Origin: Actinomycetes bacterium
GTDB taxonomy: Bacteria > Actinomycetota > Acidimicrobiia > Acidimicrobiales > Bog-793
Length of the DNA stretch: 64,000 bases
Direction of reading: 5' to 3'
Assembly (NCBI GenBank): GCA_021796545.1
Contig: JAKABX010000001.1
Span: 3,977 to 67,976 of the forward strand
Shown here one piece after another: positions 26,570-36,143 of the stretch. The position numbers and the translations under genes were made by a program. Below the pieces are notes generated by a model. The model was not told the DNA's origin. It made no database searches and worked only from the letters and a program-made list of their open reading frames with translations. The stretch's first letter is position 1. Every line of letters begins with the position of its first letter.

Positions 26570-27580
26570 ATGCAGACGAGCACAGGCACCGGGCCGATCG
26601 GCGCCGATCTCGCGGCGCCGGCGCGCACCGTTCCCTTCGGCGTCCCAGCGCCCGGCACCGAGGTCGTCCGCTCGGAGTCCGAGCTGCGACGCTTCCTGCT
26701 CGGTCTCCCCGGCGTGGACCAGGTCGGTGTCGAAGAGCGCGCCGCGCGGCTCGGCGGGCGCTCGATCAAGGCTGCTGCCAAGCTCTTCGCGATCGATGCC
26801 GCCATCTCGATGGTCGACCTCACGACTCTCGAGGGGGCGGACACCCCCGGCAAGGTGCGGGCGCTCTGCGGCAAGGCGCGCCGGCCCGACCCGGCCGATC
26901 CCTCCGTCCCCCCGGTCGCCGCAGTCTGCGTCTACCCCGACCTCGTCCCGGTCGCGCGCGGCGCGCTCGCCGGCTCGCCGGTCAAGGTCGCCTCGGTCGC
27001 GACGGCGTTTCCCTCGGGACGGGCGTCACTCGCCGTCAAGCTCGCGGACGTCGCCGACGCGCTCGAGGCGGGAGCCGACGAGGTCGACATGGTCATCGAC
27101 CGGGGCGCGTTCCTCGCGGGTGACTACGGGCGTGTCCTCGAGGAGGTGTTCGCGGTCAAGCAGGCCTGCCGCAAGGCGCACCTGAAGGTCATCCTCGAGA
27201 CCGGCGAGCTCGCCACCTACGACAACGTGCGGCGCGCGGCGTGGATCGCGATGCTCGGCGGCGCGGACTTCGTGAAGACCTCGACGGGCAAGGTCTCCCC
27301 CGCCGCGACGCTCCCGGTCGCCGTCGTGCTGTTCGAGGCCGTCCGGGACTTCCTCGACCTCACCGGGCGCGCCGTCGGGGTGAAGGTCGCCGGAGGCGTG
27401 CGGACGACCAAGAGCGCGATCGGCTACCTCGTCGCGGCGAACGAGGTTGCCGGCGAGGCCTTCGTCGACCCGGCGCTCTTGCGCATCGGCGCGTCGGGCC
27501 TCTTGAACGACCTCCTCATGCAGCGGCAGAAGCAGCGCCGCGGCGCCTACGCCGCGGCCGACGACTTCAGCGTCGAGTAG
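26570..27580 (+). CDS. deoC: deoxyribose-phosphate aldolase (long actinobacterial form)
   Basis: 336 aa. DLTTLEGADTPGKV, VCVYPDLV, EVDMVIDRG and FVKTSTGK (Schiff-base Lys). Confidence 0.9.
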   Translation: MQTSTGTGPIGADLAAPARTVPFGVPAPGTEVVRSESELRRFLLGLPGVDQVGVEERAARLGGRSIKAAAKLFAIDAAISMVDLTTLEGADTPGKVRALCGKARRPDPADPSVPPVAAVCVYPDLVPVARGALAGSPVKVASVATAFPSGRASLAVKLADVADALEAGADEVDMVIDRGAFLAGDYGRVLEEVFAVKQACRKAHLKVILETGELATYDNVRRAAWIAMLGGADFVKTSTGKVSPAATLPVAVVLFEAVRDFLDLTGRAVGVKVAGGVRTTKSAIGYLVAANEVAGEAFVDPALLRIGASGLLNDLLMQRQKQRRGAYAAADDFSVE

Positions 27581-27582
27581 CA

Positions 27583-29011
<1,429 letters not shown>

Positions 29012-29022
<11 letters not shown>

Positions 29023-29881
29023 ACGCGTCCCGGTGGCAAAGACCGCCAAGCTCTACATCGCCGGCGCCTTCCCGCGCTCGGAGTCCGGGCGCTCCTACGT
29101 CGTCAACGCTGCGAACGGCCGCCTGCTCGCGAACGTCGCGGCCGCGTCACGAAAGGACGTGCGCGAGGCCGTCGTCGCGGCGCGCGCCGCACAGGCGCGC
29201 TGGGCGGCGGCCACGGCGTACAACCGCGGCCAGGTCCTCTACCGCATCGCCGAGATGCTCGAGGACCGCGCCCCGACCTTTACGGCGGCGGTCGCGGACG
29301 CGGAGGGCTGCGACGACGCCGACGCCCGCGCGCGTGTCGGCGCGACCATCGACCGACTGGTGTGGTACGCGGGGTGGGCGGACAAGATCGCCCAGATCGT
29401 CGGCGGCGCGAACCCGGTGGCCGGCCCCTTCTTCAACTTCTCGCTGCCCGAGCCGACCGGGGTCGTCGGCGTCCTCGCACCCCAGAACTCGTCGCTCCTC
29501 GGCCTCGTCAGCGTCGTCGCCCCCGTGATCACGACGGGCAACGCGGCGGTGGTCGTCGCGAGCGAGGCGCGCCCGCTGCCCGCGGTCGCCTTCGCCGAGG
29601 TGCTCGCGACCGCCGATCTCCCCGGCGGGGTCGTCAACATCCTCACCGGACGCACCGCCGAGCTCGCGCCTGTGCTCGCCGCGCACCGCGACGTCGAGGC
29701 GCTCGACTGTGCGGGGGCCGGGCCCGAGCTCTCTGCCACCCTCGAGGAGGCGGCCGCCGACAACGTGAAGCGGGTGCTCGCGGCCCCCGGCGAGGAGGAG
29801 GAGTGGAGCGCGTCCCCGAGCGTGCAGCGGATGCTCGCCTTCGTCGAGACCAAGACCGTCTGGCACCCGCTCGGGATCTAG
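29012..29881 (+). CDS. truncated aldehyde-dehydrogenase-family paralog lacking the catalytic Glu/Cys region
   Basis: 289 aa. Aligns by eye to the N-terminal ~60% of the upstream ALDH (LPGGVVNILTG vs LPPGVVNIVTG) but ends before any ELGG or catalytic-Cys motif. The start is TTG 29012 (11-nt overlap) or GTG 29033. Confidence 0.75.
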
Positions 29882-29888
29882 TCAGGCC

Positions 29889-30509
29889 ATGGCACTCACC
29901 GTCGTCGATCACCCACTGGCCGGCGCGCTGCTCAGCGCGCTGCGCGACCGTTCGACACCCCCACCGCTGTTCCGCCTCCTCGCCAAGCGGCTCGCGCTCG
30001 TCTGCTGCCTCGAGGCCACGCGCACGCTGCCGACCGCGCCGGTCGCCGTCGAGACCCCGCTCACCACGACGGGCGGGGTCCGCCTCGCGACGCCGGTCGT
30101 CGCGGTGCCGATCCTTCGGGCCGGGCTCGGGATGCTCGAGGCCGTCACCGAGCTGCTGCCCGAGGTCACCGTCGGCTACGTCGGGCTCGAGCGCGACCAC
30201 GCCACCTTCGAGCCGTCCTTCTACTACTCCAAGCTGCCCCCGCTCGCGGGCCGGACCGTGCTGCTGCTCGACCCGATGCTCGCGACCGGCGGCTCCGCCG
30301 CTGCGGCGTGCACCGCGCTCGCCAAGGCCGGTGCAGAGTCGATCACGCTTCTGTCGGTCGTCGCCGCGCCCGAGGGCATCCGCCACCTCGAGGAGACGCA
30401 CCCCGAGCTCAACATCGTCACGGCCGCCGTCGACGAGGGCCTCGACGATCACGCCTACATCGTCCCGGGCCTCGGAGACTTCGGCGACCGGCTCTTCGGG
30501 ACGAGCTAG
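29889..30509 (+). CDS. upp: uracil phosphoribosyltransferase
   Basis: 206 aa. VVAVPILRAGLGM, LLLDPMLATGGSA (PRPP loop) and YIVPGLGDFGDRLFGT. Confidence 0.93.
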   Translation: MALTVVDHPLAGALLSALRDRSTPPPLFRLLAKRLALVCCLEATRTLPTAPVAVETPLTTTGGVRLATPVVAVPILRAGLGMLEAVTELLPEVTVGYVGLERDHATFEPSFYYSKLPPLAGRTVLLLDPMLATGGSAAAACTALAKAGAESITLLSVVAAPEGIRHLEETHPELNIVTAAVDEGLDDHAYIVPGLGDFGDRLFGTS

Positions 30510-30521
30510 TGGCCCCGCGCG

Positions 30522-30872
30522 TTAGTTCGTCGGTGAATCATCGAACCACGCGCTCGGGTCGCTGAGGTAGAGGCCGCACGCGCAGTCGAGGGCCTCCTCG
30601 GGGCTGCCGGCCGTCATCCCGCTCGGGAGGAACGAGTCCTCGTAGTCGTCGTGGCTCGCCCGGTAGATCGCAAAGCCCCAGGTGTGGAGCACTCCGCCGT
30701 AGCGGAGGCGGCAGAGCTTCTGGACGGTGCCGTCGCCAAGGCGTCCATCGACGTAGGCGAAGTTCGCGCGGAAACGCACGTCGACGCCGACAAGCTCGGG
30801 CCAGCGCTCTTTGGCACGCTCGTTGAGGCGGGCGCTCAGGCTGTGCTTGGTCGATTCCGGTGGCGCCTTCAC
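30522..30872 (-). CDS. hypothetical protein encoded inside the IS, downstream of the transposase
   Basis: GTG 30872 gives VKAPPESTKHSLSARLNERAKERWPELVGVDVRFRANFAYVDGRLGDGTVQKLCRLRYGGVLHTWGFAIYRASHDDYEDSFLPSGMTAGSPEEALDCACGLYL.... Clearly protein-like. The TAA stop lies inside the left IR. The track start 30971 would overlap the transposase 3' end. Confidence 0.65.
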   Translation of the reverse strand: MKAPPESTKHSLSARLNERAKERWPELVGVDVRFRANFAYVDGRLGDGTVQKLCRLRYGGVLHTWGFAIYRASHDDYEDSFLPSGMTAGSPEEALDCACGLYLSDPSAWFDDSPTN

Positions 30873-30894
30873 CGGCCCATTGTTGCCGCCCGGG

Positions 30895-32040
30895 TCAGGC
30901 AGCGAGCGGGACGTGCGACTCGAGGCGCTCGAGCAGGGCGGTGAGATCCTTGGTCGAGAAGCGCCAGTCAAAGGGCGTGGCGGTCGCGTTGTCGTGCTTC
31001 TCGAAGGCCTCGAGGCGCTCAGCGAGGGCCACCAGGTCCGAGAAGTCGCCCAAGCGGACGACCTTGCGCTGGATGATCGAGAAGACGACCTCGATCTGGT
31101 TCAGCCACGAGGCGTGGATCGGAAGGTGGATCAAGCGCGCGTTCGGCAAGGCCGCCTCCATGCGATCGATCGAGCGCTGCCCGTTGTGCGAGGAGCCGTT
31201 GTCGACGACGAAGAAGACGCGCCGGGCGCTCTTGTAGGGCTCTTGCGACATCACCTTGTGCACGAGGGCCATGAACGGTGCGATGCCGGTCTTGTCGGCC
31301 ACCTCGCCAAAGAGCATGGCGCGATGCACGTCGTAGGCGCCGAGGTAGCAGAGCGTGCCGCCCCGGCGATACTCGAACTCGACGCGGCGCAGGCGTCCCG
31401 GGGCGGTCTCGAGATCGCGGTGGCGGCGCGAGAGCGCCTGCAGCTGGGACTTCTCATCGGCGGAGATGACGTACTCGTCCTCCTCGAGCGGGCGCCCGTC
31501 GAAGAGGCGCTCGTAGAGGTCGAGAACCTGAGCGGCCTTCTCGGAGAAGAGCGGATCGCGGGGGAAGATCCAAGAGCGGTAGCGCCAGGGTTTGATCGCC
31601 GCCGCGTGCAGCCAGCGGCGAATGGTCGAAGAGGAGATCGCCTCGACCAGTCCCTCGGTGACCACCTGAGCGGCGAGCTCGTGGGAGCTCCAGCGCACAA
31701 GGGGCACCTCGCGTCGCTCGGGCGGCTCGCAGGCCATTGCCTTCACGTGGGCGACGATCTCACCGGAGAAGCGCCGCAGGCGGCCCGAACGCTTGCGATC
31801 GCTGAGACCGGCACGTCCCTCCTCAAAGAAGCGCTTGCGCCACTTGGAGACGACGTCGACGCAGACTCTCACTCGCCGGGCGATCTCCACATTGGCAAGG
31901 CCGTCAGCGGCGAGCAGCACGATGCGCGCCCGCACGACGTCACGATGAGCGGCGACACCAGAGGAGGCTCGCTGTTCGAGAACTGCCCGATCACCGTCGG
32001 ACAGCACCACGATGAACGGCGACGAGCGAGGCACCGGCAC
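30895..32040 (-). CDS. IS630-family DDE transposase
   Basis: 381 aa. N-terminal HTH (LANVEIARRVRVCVDVVSKWRKRF), then DEKSQLQAL...FFVVDNGSSH...LPIHASWLNQIEVVFSIIQRK, typical of IS630/Tc1-mariner-like DDE enzymes. Confidence 0.9.
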   Translation of the reverse strand: MPVPRSSPFIVVLSDGDRAVLEQRASSGVAAHRDVVRARIVLLAADGLANVEIARRVRVCVDVVSKWRKRFFEEGRAGLSDRKRSGRLRRFSGEIVAHVKAMACEPPERREVPLVRWSSHELAAQVVTEGLVEAISSSTIRRWLHAAAIKPWRYRSWIFPRDPLFSEKAAQVLDLYERLFDGRPLEEDEYVISADEKSQLQALSRRHRDLETAPGRLRRVEFEYRRGGTLCYLGAYDVHRAMLFGEVADKTGIAPFMALVHKVMSQEPYKSARRVFFVVDNGSSHNGQRSIDRMEAALPNARLIHLPIHASWLNQIEVVFSIIQRKVVRLGDFSDLVALAERLEAFEKHDNATATPFDWRFSTKDLTALLERLESHVPLAA

Positions 32041-32302
32041 ACCTCCTGGCTCTCTACGATCGCTGCCAGAAAGTTACACCGATGTATTTATCGGCAGGGC
32101 CACTAGCGCCCCCGTCACGCGCCACTGGGGGAGATCCGAGCCGGGCACCGGTTCCCGGCGCCCGGCTGACACTCGGAGCCGTGCACAGTCTCCGGTCGCA
32201 GCGCCAAGAGCGCGCCCGCAGCCCATCGCCGGCGCCGAGGCGGGCGGCGCCAACCTCCCGGCCTCGCCTGCGCCCGGGCCGCCGAGCAAGCGCCGGAGCC
32301 TA

Positions 32303-32318
32303 AGTGGTCTAGACCGTT
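32303..32318. promoter_or_regulatory. dre-like (DasR/NagR-type) palindromic operator 1
   Basis: AGTGGTCTAGACCGTT matches the Streptomyces dre consensus A(G/C)TGGTCTAGACCA(G/C)T at 14 of 16 positions. It abuts a TTGACG hexamer. Confidence 0.55.
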
Positions 32319-32346
32319 GACGCGTCAAGATCGGCGGGACTACTGT
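32317..32346 (+). promoter_or_regulatory. candidate sigma70-type promoter
   Basis: TTGACG-N18-TACTGT sits between the two dre-like sites. ATG at 32351 is 5 nt after the -10 element. Purely sequence-based. Confidence 0.3.
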
Positions 32347-32351
32347 GCCCA

Positions 32352-32367
32352 TGTGGTCCATACCACT
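32352..32367. promoter_or_regulatory. dre-like operator 2
   Basis: TGTGGTCCATACCACT, 13 of 16 to the dre consensus. The same GTGGTCCATACCAC core recurs as its reverse complement at 37461-37474. Confidence 0.5.
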
Positions 32368-32707
32368 TGGGCGACCACAGCGGCGCCAGCTCGGATCGCG
32401 TCCTTGCCGGTCTCCGACGTCAGGTGCCCGCCGGCGTCCAACCCGTCGTCGTGAACGGGCCGCTGGCACGGCGCGATGTGCGCGCGGCCGACGCCGGTCG
32501 CGTGGGCGCCCGTTGGAGGAGAGGGCGGTCGGAGCCGTGCCGCGGCCCGCTGACGCCGGATCGCCCCGCCTCCCGGGCCGGCGCGGACCGCAAGCATCGC
32601 GACGCCCGGGGAACGGGGCGCGCGGTGACGCAAAGGGCGGCGCGCCTTTGCGCCCGACGGCCGGCGTGCACCGTCGCGCCCCGGACGGCGCCGTCGCGTT
32701 GCCGGGC

Positions 32708-33091
32708 GTGCCGGCGATGATCTCGACGCACTCCGGCCTCGTCGGAGATGGCCCGGCCGAGGGCACGCGCGGCGCGGTCGCGCCGCGCTTCGCCATCCTC
32801 GGCACGAACGAGCCGGGAGTGCCGCCGGACGCCGAGCGCGGGACCGGCGCCCGGACGGGGCTCTCGTTCCCCCGGGCCGGGAACCGGTACCTTTGCGCCC
32901 ACGTGTTCACCGCGCAGCACAGCCACCGCACCCGCGACGTCGGACGCCGAGCCGTCTCGCCCGGTCGCGGCGCAGCCACCGCTCGCCCGGTCGCGGACTG
33001 GGCCGCCTCTCCGGCGCGCGCCCTCCCCTTGCCCGTGAGCGTTCCCCGCCCCTGCGGCGGCGCGCCCGCCGCAGGGGCGGGAAGGCGATGA
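32708..33091 (+). CDS. possible upstream ORF translationally coupled to the GntR regulator (very uncertain)
   Basis: The stop TGA overlaps the regulator ATG (ATGA at 33088-33091). Plus-frame GC1/GC2/GC3 are roughly 76/66/90% from ~32700 onward. The product is Arg/Pro/Gly/Ala-rich and unlike known families. Candidate starts are GTG 32708 or ATG 32717. Confidence 0.25.
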   Translation: MPAMISTHSGLVGDGPAEGTRGAVAPRFAILGTNEPGVPPDAERGTGARTGLSFPRAGNRYLCAHVFTAQHSHRTRDVGRRAVSPGRGAATARPVADWAASPARALPLPVSVPRPCGGAPAAGAGRR

Positions 33092-33942
33092 GCGCGCGCC
33101 CGCCGTCGGGAGCGGCACCGGGCGCGCCGGCGACCGCCGAGGAGCGCCTGGCCGACGCTTCGCGCGTCCCGAAGTACTACCGGCTGAAGCAGGAGCTGTT
33201 GAAGCAGCTCGAGTCGCTCGCGCCGGGGGAGTCGCTCGCCTCCGAACGCCTGCTCGCGGCGAAGTTCGGGACCTCGCGTACGACGGTGCGCCAGGCCTTC
33301 CAGGAACTCGTCGTCGAGGGACGCCTGCAGCGCGTCCACGGCAGTGGCACCTATGTCGCGCCGCCGAAGCTCACCCAGGCCCTGCAGCTCACGAGCTACA
33401 CCGAGGACATGCGCTCGATGGGCATCGAGCCGAGCTCGCGCGTGCTCGAGGTGGCCCAGCTGAGCGCCGACGACTTCCTCGCCAAGCGCCTGTCGATCAC
33501 CGTCGGCGGGCGCGTCGTGAGGATCAGGCGCCTGCGCATCGCCGACGGTGAGCCCCGCGCGATCGAGACGACCCACCTTTCGGCGGCCCGCTTCCCTCGG
33601 CTCCGCCAGAACCTGGCTCGCCTCGGCTCGCTCTATGCGGCGCTCGCCGACGTCTACGGCGTGCACCTGGCGGCCGCCGAGGAGACGATCGAGACGGTCC
33701 TCGCCCGTCCCGAGGAGGCTGAGCTCCTCGAGACCGACGTCGGGCTGCCCATGCTGATGCTCTCGCGGCACTCCTTCGACAGCGACGGGATGCCGGTCGA
33801 GTGGGCGCGCAGCGTCTACCGCGGCGACCGCTACAAGTTCGTCGCCTGGCTGCAGCGGCCCAAGGGGGCGGAGGGCGCCGACCATCCTGGTGCCGAGATG
33901 GTCGTCTTGCCTGCCCGAGGGCGCCGCGGCGAACGGCGCTGA
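33088..33942 (+). CDS. GntR/HutC-family transcriptional regulator (DasR/NagR-like)
   Basis: ATG 33088. [61 protein letters not shown] (GntR wHTH) plus a UTRA-like C-terminal domain. Adjacent to GlcNAc genes and dre-like sites. Confidence 0.85.
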   Translation: MSARPPSGAAPGAPATAEERLADASRVPKYYRLKQELLKQLESLAPGESLASERLLAAKFGTSRTTVRQAFQELVVEGRLQRVHGSGTYVAPPKLTQALQLTSYTEDMRSMGIEPSSRVLEVAQLSADDFLAKRLSITVGGRVVRIRRLRIADGEPRAIETTHLSAARFPRLRQNLARLGSLYAALADVYGVHLAAAEETIETVLARPEEAELLETDVGLPMLMLSRHSFDSDGMPVEWARSVYRGDRYKFVAWLQRPKGAEGADHPGAEMVVLPARGRRGERR

Positions 33943-34052
33943 CGCGTGCATGCCGGGGCGCCATCTCGAATCACGCCGGCTCGCCACCACGCTGCGCCTC
34001 CGCCCGGGATCACGGGACCGCGGAGCGGTCCTACCGGGTGGCTCCTTTGCTG

Positions 34053-36008
34053 CTACTTGATACTGCCGGCGGTGAGCCCCCCGACGAGATAGCGCTCGAT
34101 CGTCGCGAACAGGACGACGACGGGAACGATGCCGATGAGCGACGCCACGAACAGGTAGTTGTACTGCGTCTGGTAGAGGCCGACGAACGCGTTGATCCCG
34201 ACCGTCAGCGTCTCGCGGTTGGTCGTCGGGTTGTTGAAGACGGTCTCGGCGACGACGAACTCGTTCCACACCTGGATGAAGGTGAAGATCACCGCCGTGA
34301 CGATCGCCGGCTTGGCGAGGGGGAGCACCACGCGTGTCATCGTCTGGAAAGGCGTCGCCCCGTCCACGAGCGCAGCGTCCTCGATGTCGACGGGGATGCT
34401 CGCGAGGTACCCGTTCATGATCCACACGGCGAAGGCGAGGTTGAACCCGGCGTCGATCAGGATCAGCGCCCAGTAGCTGTTCATCCCGTTGACGCTCGAG
34501 ACCTCCCGGAAGATCCCGACGACGAGCGCCACCGGCGCGAACATCTGGGTGACGAGGATGGCGTAGAGGAAGGCCTGGCGACCGCGGAAACGGTGCCGCG
34601 CCGTGTAATACGCCGCCGGCAGCGCGACGCCGAGGACGAGCAACGTCGATCCGCCAGCGATGATCAGGCTGTTCACCAGGTAGGAGGCGAGGGGGATCTG
34701 GCTCCAGACGCTGGCGAAGTTGCCCCACTCCGGGTGCGTGGGCAGGTACAGCGCCGGCGAGTGGAAAAGGTCGAGGTTCGACTTGATCGAGGAGAGGAAC
34801 ATCACCGCGTAGGGCGCGAGGAAGAACGCTGCGACGAGCGCACCGATGACGGGCAGCCCCACCGCCCGCCCGCGCCGCCAGCCCGTAGCCAGCACCGCGG
34901 CAGGCCGTCGCAGCGGGAGCGCGACACCCGCCGCGAGGCGCGCAAGGACCGCCTCGAGCCCCGAAGCGAGGCCGGCCAGGACCGTTGCGACCCCCCGGCG
35001 GGCCGCCGCAAAGGCGGACCGGCGGGCACCCGGCGCGGATGGGACCGCTGCGGCGTCGGACTCACTGCGCCGCACGTGGCGCACGTAGACTCCGACGAGC
35101 GCCATCAGCACGGCCACGTTCAGCACACCGAGTGCCGCCGCCTCGCCGGCGTCGAGGCGGTAGGTGAAGGCGATCTTGTACATGAAGGTGATCGTCGTGT
35201 CGGTGGCGTCCCCGGGGATCTTGCCCGTGATGACCCAGATGATGGGGAAGGAGTTGAAGACGTAGATCGTGTTCAGCACGATCGCGACCGTGAGCGAGGT
35301 GCGAAGCAGCGGGAAGGTGACGAAACGGTAGGCCTGCCAGGCGCTGCACCCGTCCACCCGCGTCGCGTCGTCGAGCTCCGGCGGGATCGCCTGCAGCCCG
35401 GCCAAGAGCACGTAGGTCGTGAAGGGGATCGAGACGATGACCCCGACCACGATGAGGCACCAGAAGGCGGTCGCGGGGTTCTGGTACCAGTAGACGGGTG
35501 CCGAGATGAGGTGCAGGTCCAAAAGGACGCGGTTCAGCATCCCGTAGGAACCCTCGTAGATGTAGCGCCAAAGCGTGGCGGTCATCACGAGGGAGGCCGC
35601 CCAGGGGACGATCAGCGCCCAGCGCACGACGCGGCGTCCGGCGAAGCGCTTATTGAGGAACTGGGCGAGCGGCAGTGAGAGGAGCACGGTGCAGCCGACC
35701 ACGAGGACGACCCACAGCACCGTGTTGACCACGACGTGTCCGAGCGCGGGCTCGGAGAACAGGTTGCGGAAGTTCCCAAGTCCCGTGAAGCCCTGATCGA
35801 GGCCGATCGAGCTGATCCGGTGCAGCGAGGTGATGACCATCTCGATGGCGGGATAGACGACGACGGCGGCGATCAGCGCCACGGTCGGTCCGATCCACAC
35901 CAGGGGCACCAAGCGGCGGGCGTGGCGGCGCGGGCGTGGCGGACCGGTGGTGCGGGACCGCCCGCCGCTGACCGCCGGGGCGGTGGAAGAGGCGGTGGTC
36001 ACCGACAT
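34053..36008 (-). CDS. fused CUT1-type ABC sugar permease (MalF-like and MalG-like halves in one 651-aa polypeptide)
   Basis: A single uninterrupted ORF. The first half has the EAA-loop-like AGLQAIPPELDDATRVDGCSAWQAYRFVTFP and the second has IPVDIEDAALVDGATPFQTMTRVVLP. They are joined by a ~65-aa Ala/Arg/Gly-rich linker. Confidence 0.8.
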   Translation of the reverse strand: MSVTTASSTAPAVSGGRSRTTGPPRPRRHARRLVPLVWIGPTVALIAAVVVYPAIEMVITSLHRISSIGLDQGFTGLGNFRNLFSEPALGHVVVNTVLWVVLVVGCTVLLSLPLAQFLNKRFAGRRVVRWALIVPWAASLVMTATLWRYIYEGSYGMLNRVLLDLHLISAPVYWYQNPATAFWCLIVVGVIVSIPFTTYVLLAGLQAIPPELDDATRVDGCSAWQAYRFVTFPLLRTSLTVAIVLNTIYVFNSFPIIWVITGKIPGDATDTTITFMYKIAFTYRLDAGEAAALGVLNVAVLMALVGVYVRHVRRSESDAAAVPSAPGARRSAFAAARRGVATVLAGLASGLEAVLARLAAGVALPLRRPAAVLATGWRRGRAVGLPVIGALVAAFFLAPYAVMFLSSIKSNLDLFHSPALYLPTHPEWGNFASVWSQIPLASYLVNSLIIAGGSTLLVLGVALPAAYYTARHRFRGRQAFLYAILVTQMFAPVALVVGIFREVSSVNGMNSYWALILIDAGFNLAFAVWIMNGYLASIPVDIEDAALVDGATPFQTMTRVVLPLAKPAIVTAVIFTFIQVWNEFVVAETVFNNPTTNRETLTVGINAFVGLYQTQYNYLFVASLIGIVPVVVLFATIERYLVGGLTAGSIK

Positions 36009-36143
36009 GGCACTCCCGAGCGCTCGCGCACACCTCGCACCGGCCGCTGTGGTGGTGCCAGGGACATGCTCACCTCGCTCCTCGCGGGACGGCCGGAGGC
36101 CGGGCCGCTCGCACGGCCCGGCCTCCGGTGTGGGGGATCTGTG

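Larger units (their letters stand above)
30509..32103 (-). mobile_element. IS630-family insertion sequence (1595 bp) with TA target duplication
   Basis: Imperfect terminal inverted repeats: GTGGCCCCGCGCGTTAGTTCGTCGGTGAA (30509->) versus the reverse complement of 32103<- GTGGCCCTGCCGATAAATACATCGGTGTA, 22 of 33 identical including the first 7. TA flanks both ends (30507-08 and 32104-05). Contains a DDE transposase and one extra ORF. Confidence 0.8.

Noticed and set aside
32345-32700. The first ~120 codons of the 248-aa plus ORF 32345..33091, read as a leaderless gene starting at ATG 32351 just after the TACTGT box.
   Set aside because: Third-position GC is only about 55% over the first 45 codons, and a minus-strand frame scores far better at 32401-32460. 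Only the distal third (from ~32700) was kept as a low-confidence candidate.
32074-34728. An 884-aa minus-strand ORF, one of the longest in the track.
   Set aside because: Its composition is dominated by Arg/Pro/Gly/Ala. It runs antisense to the well-supported GntR regulator, and at its other end it is the wrong frame of the permease gene. This is a typical stop-free artefact in 72% GC DNA.
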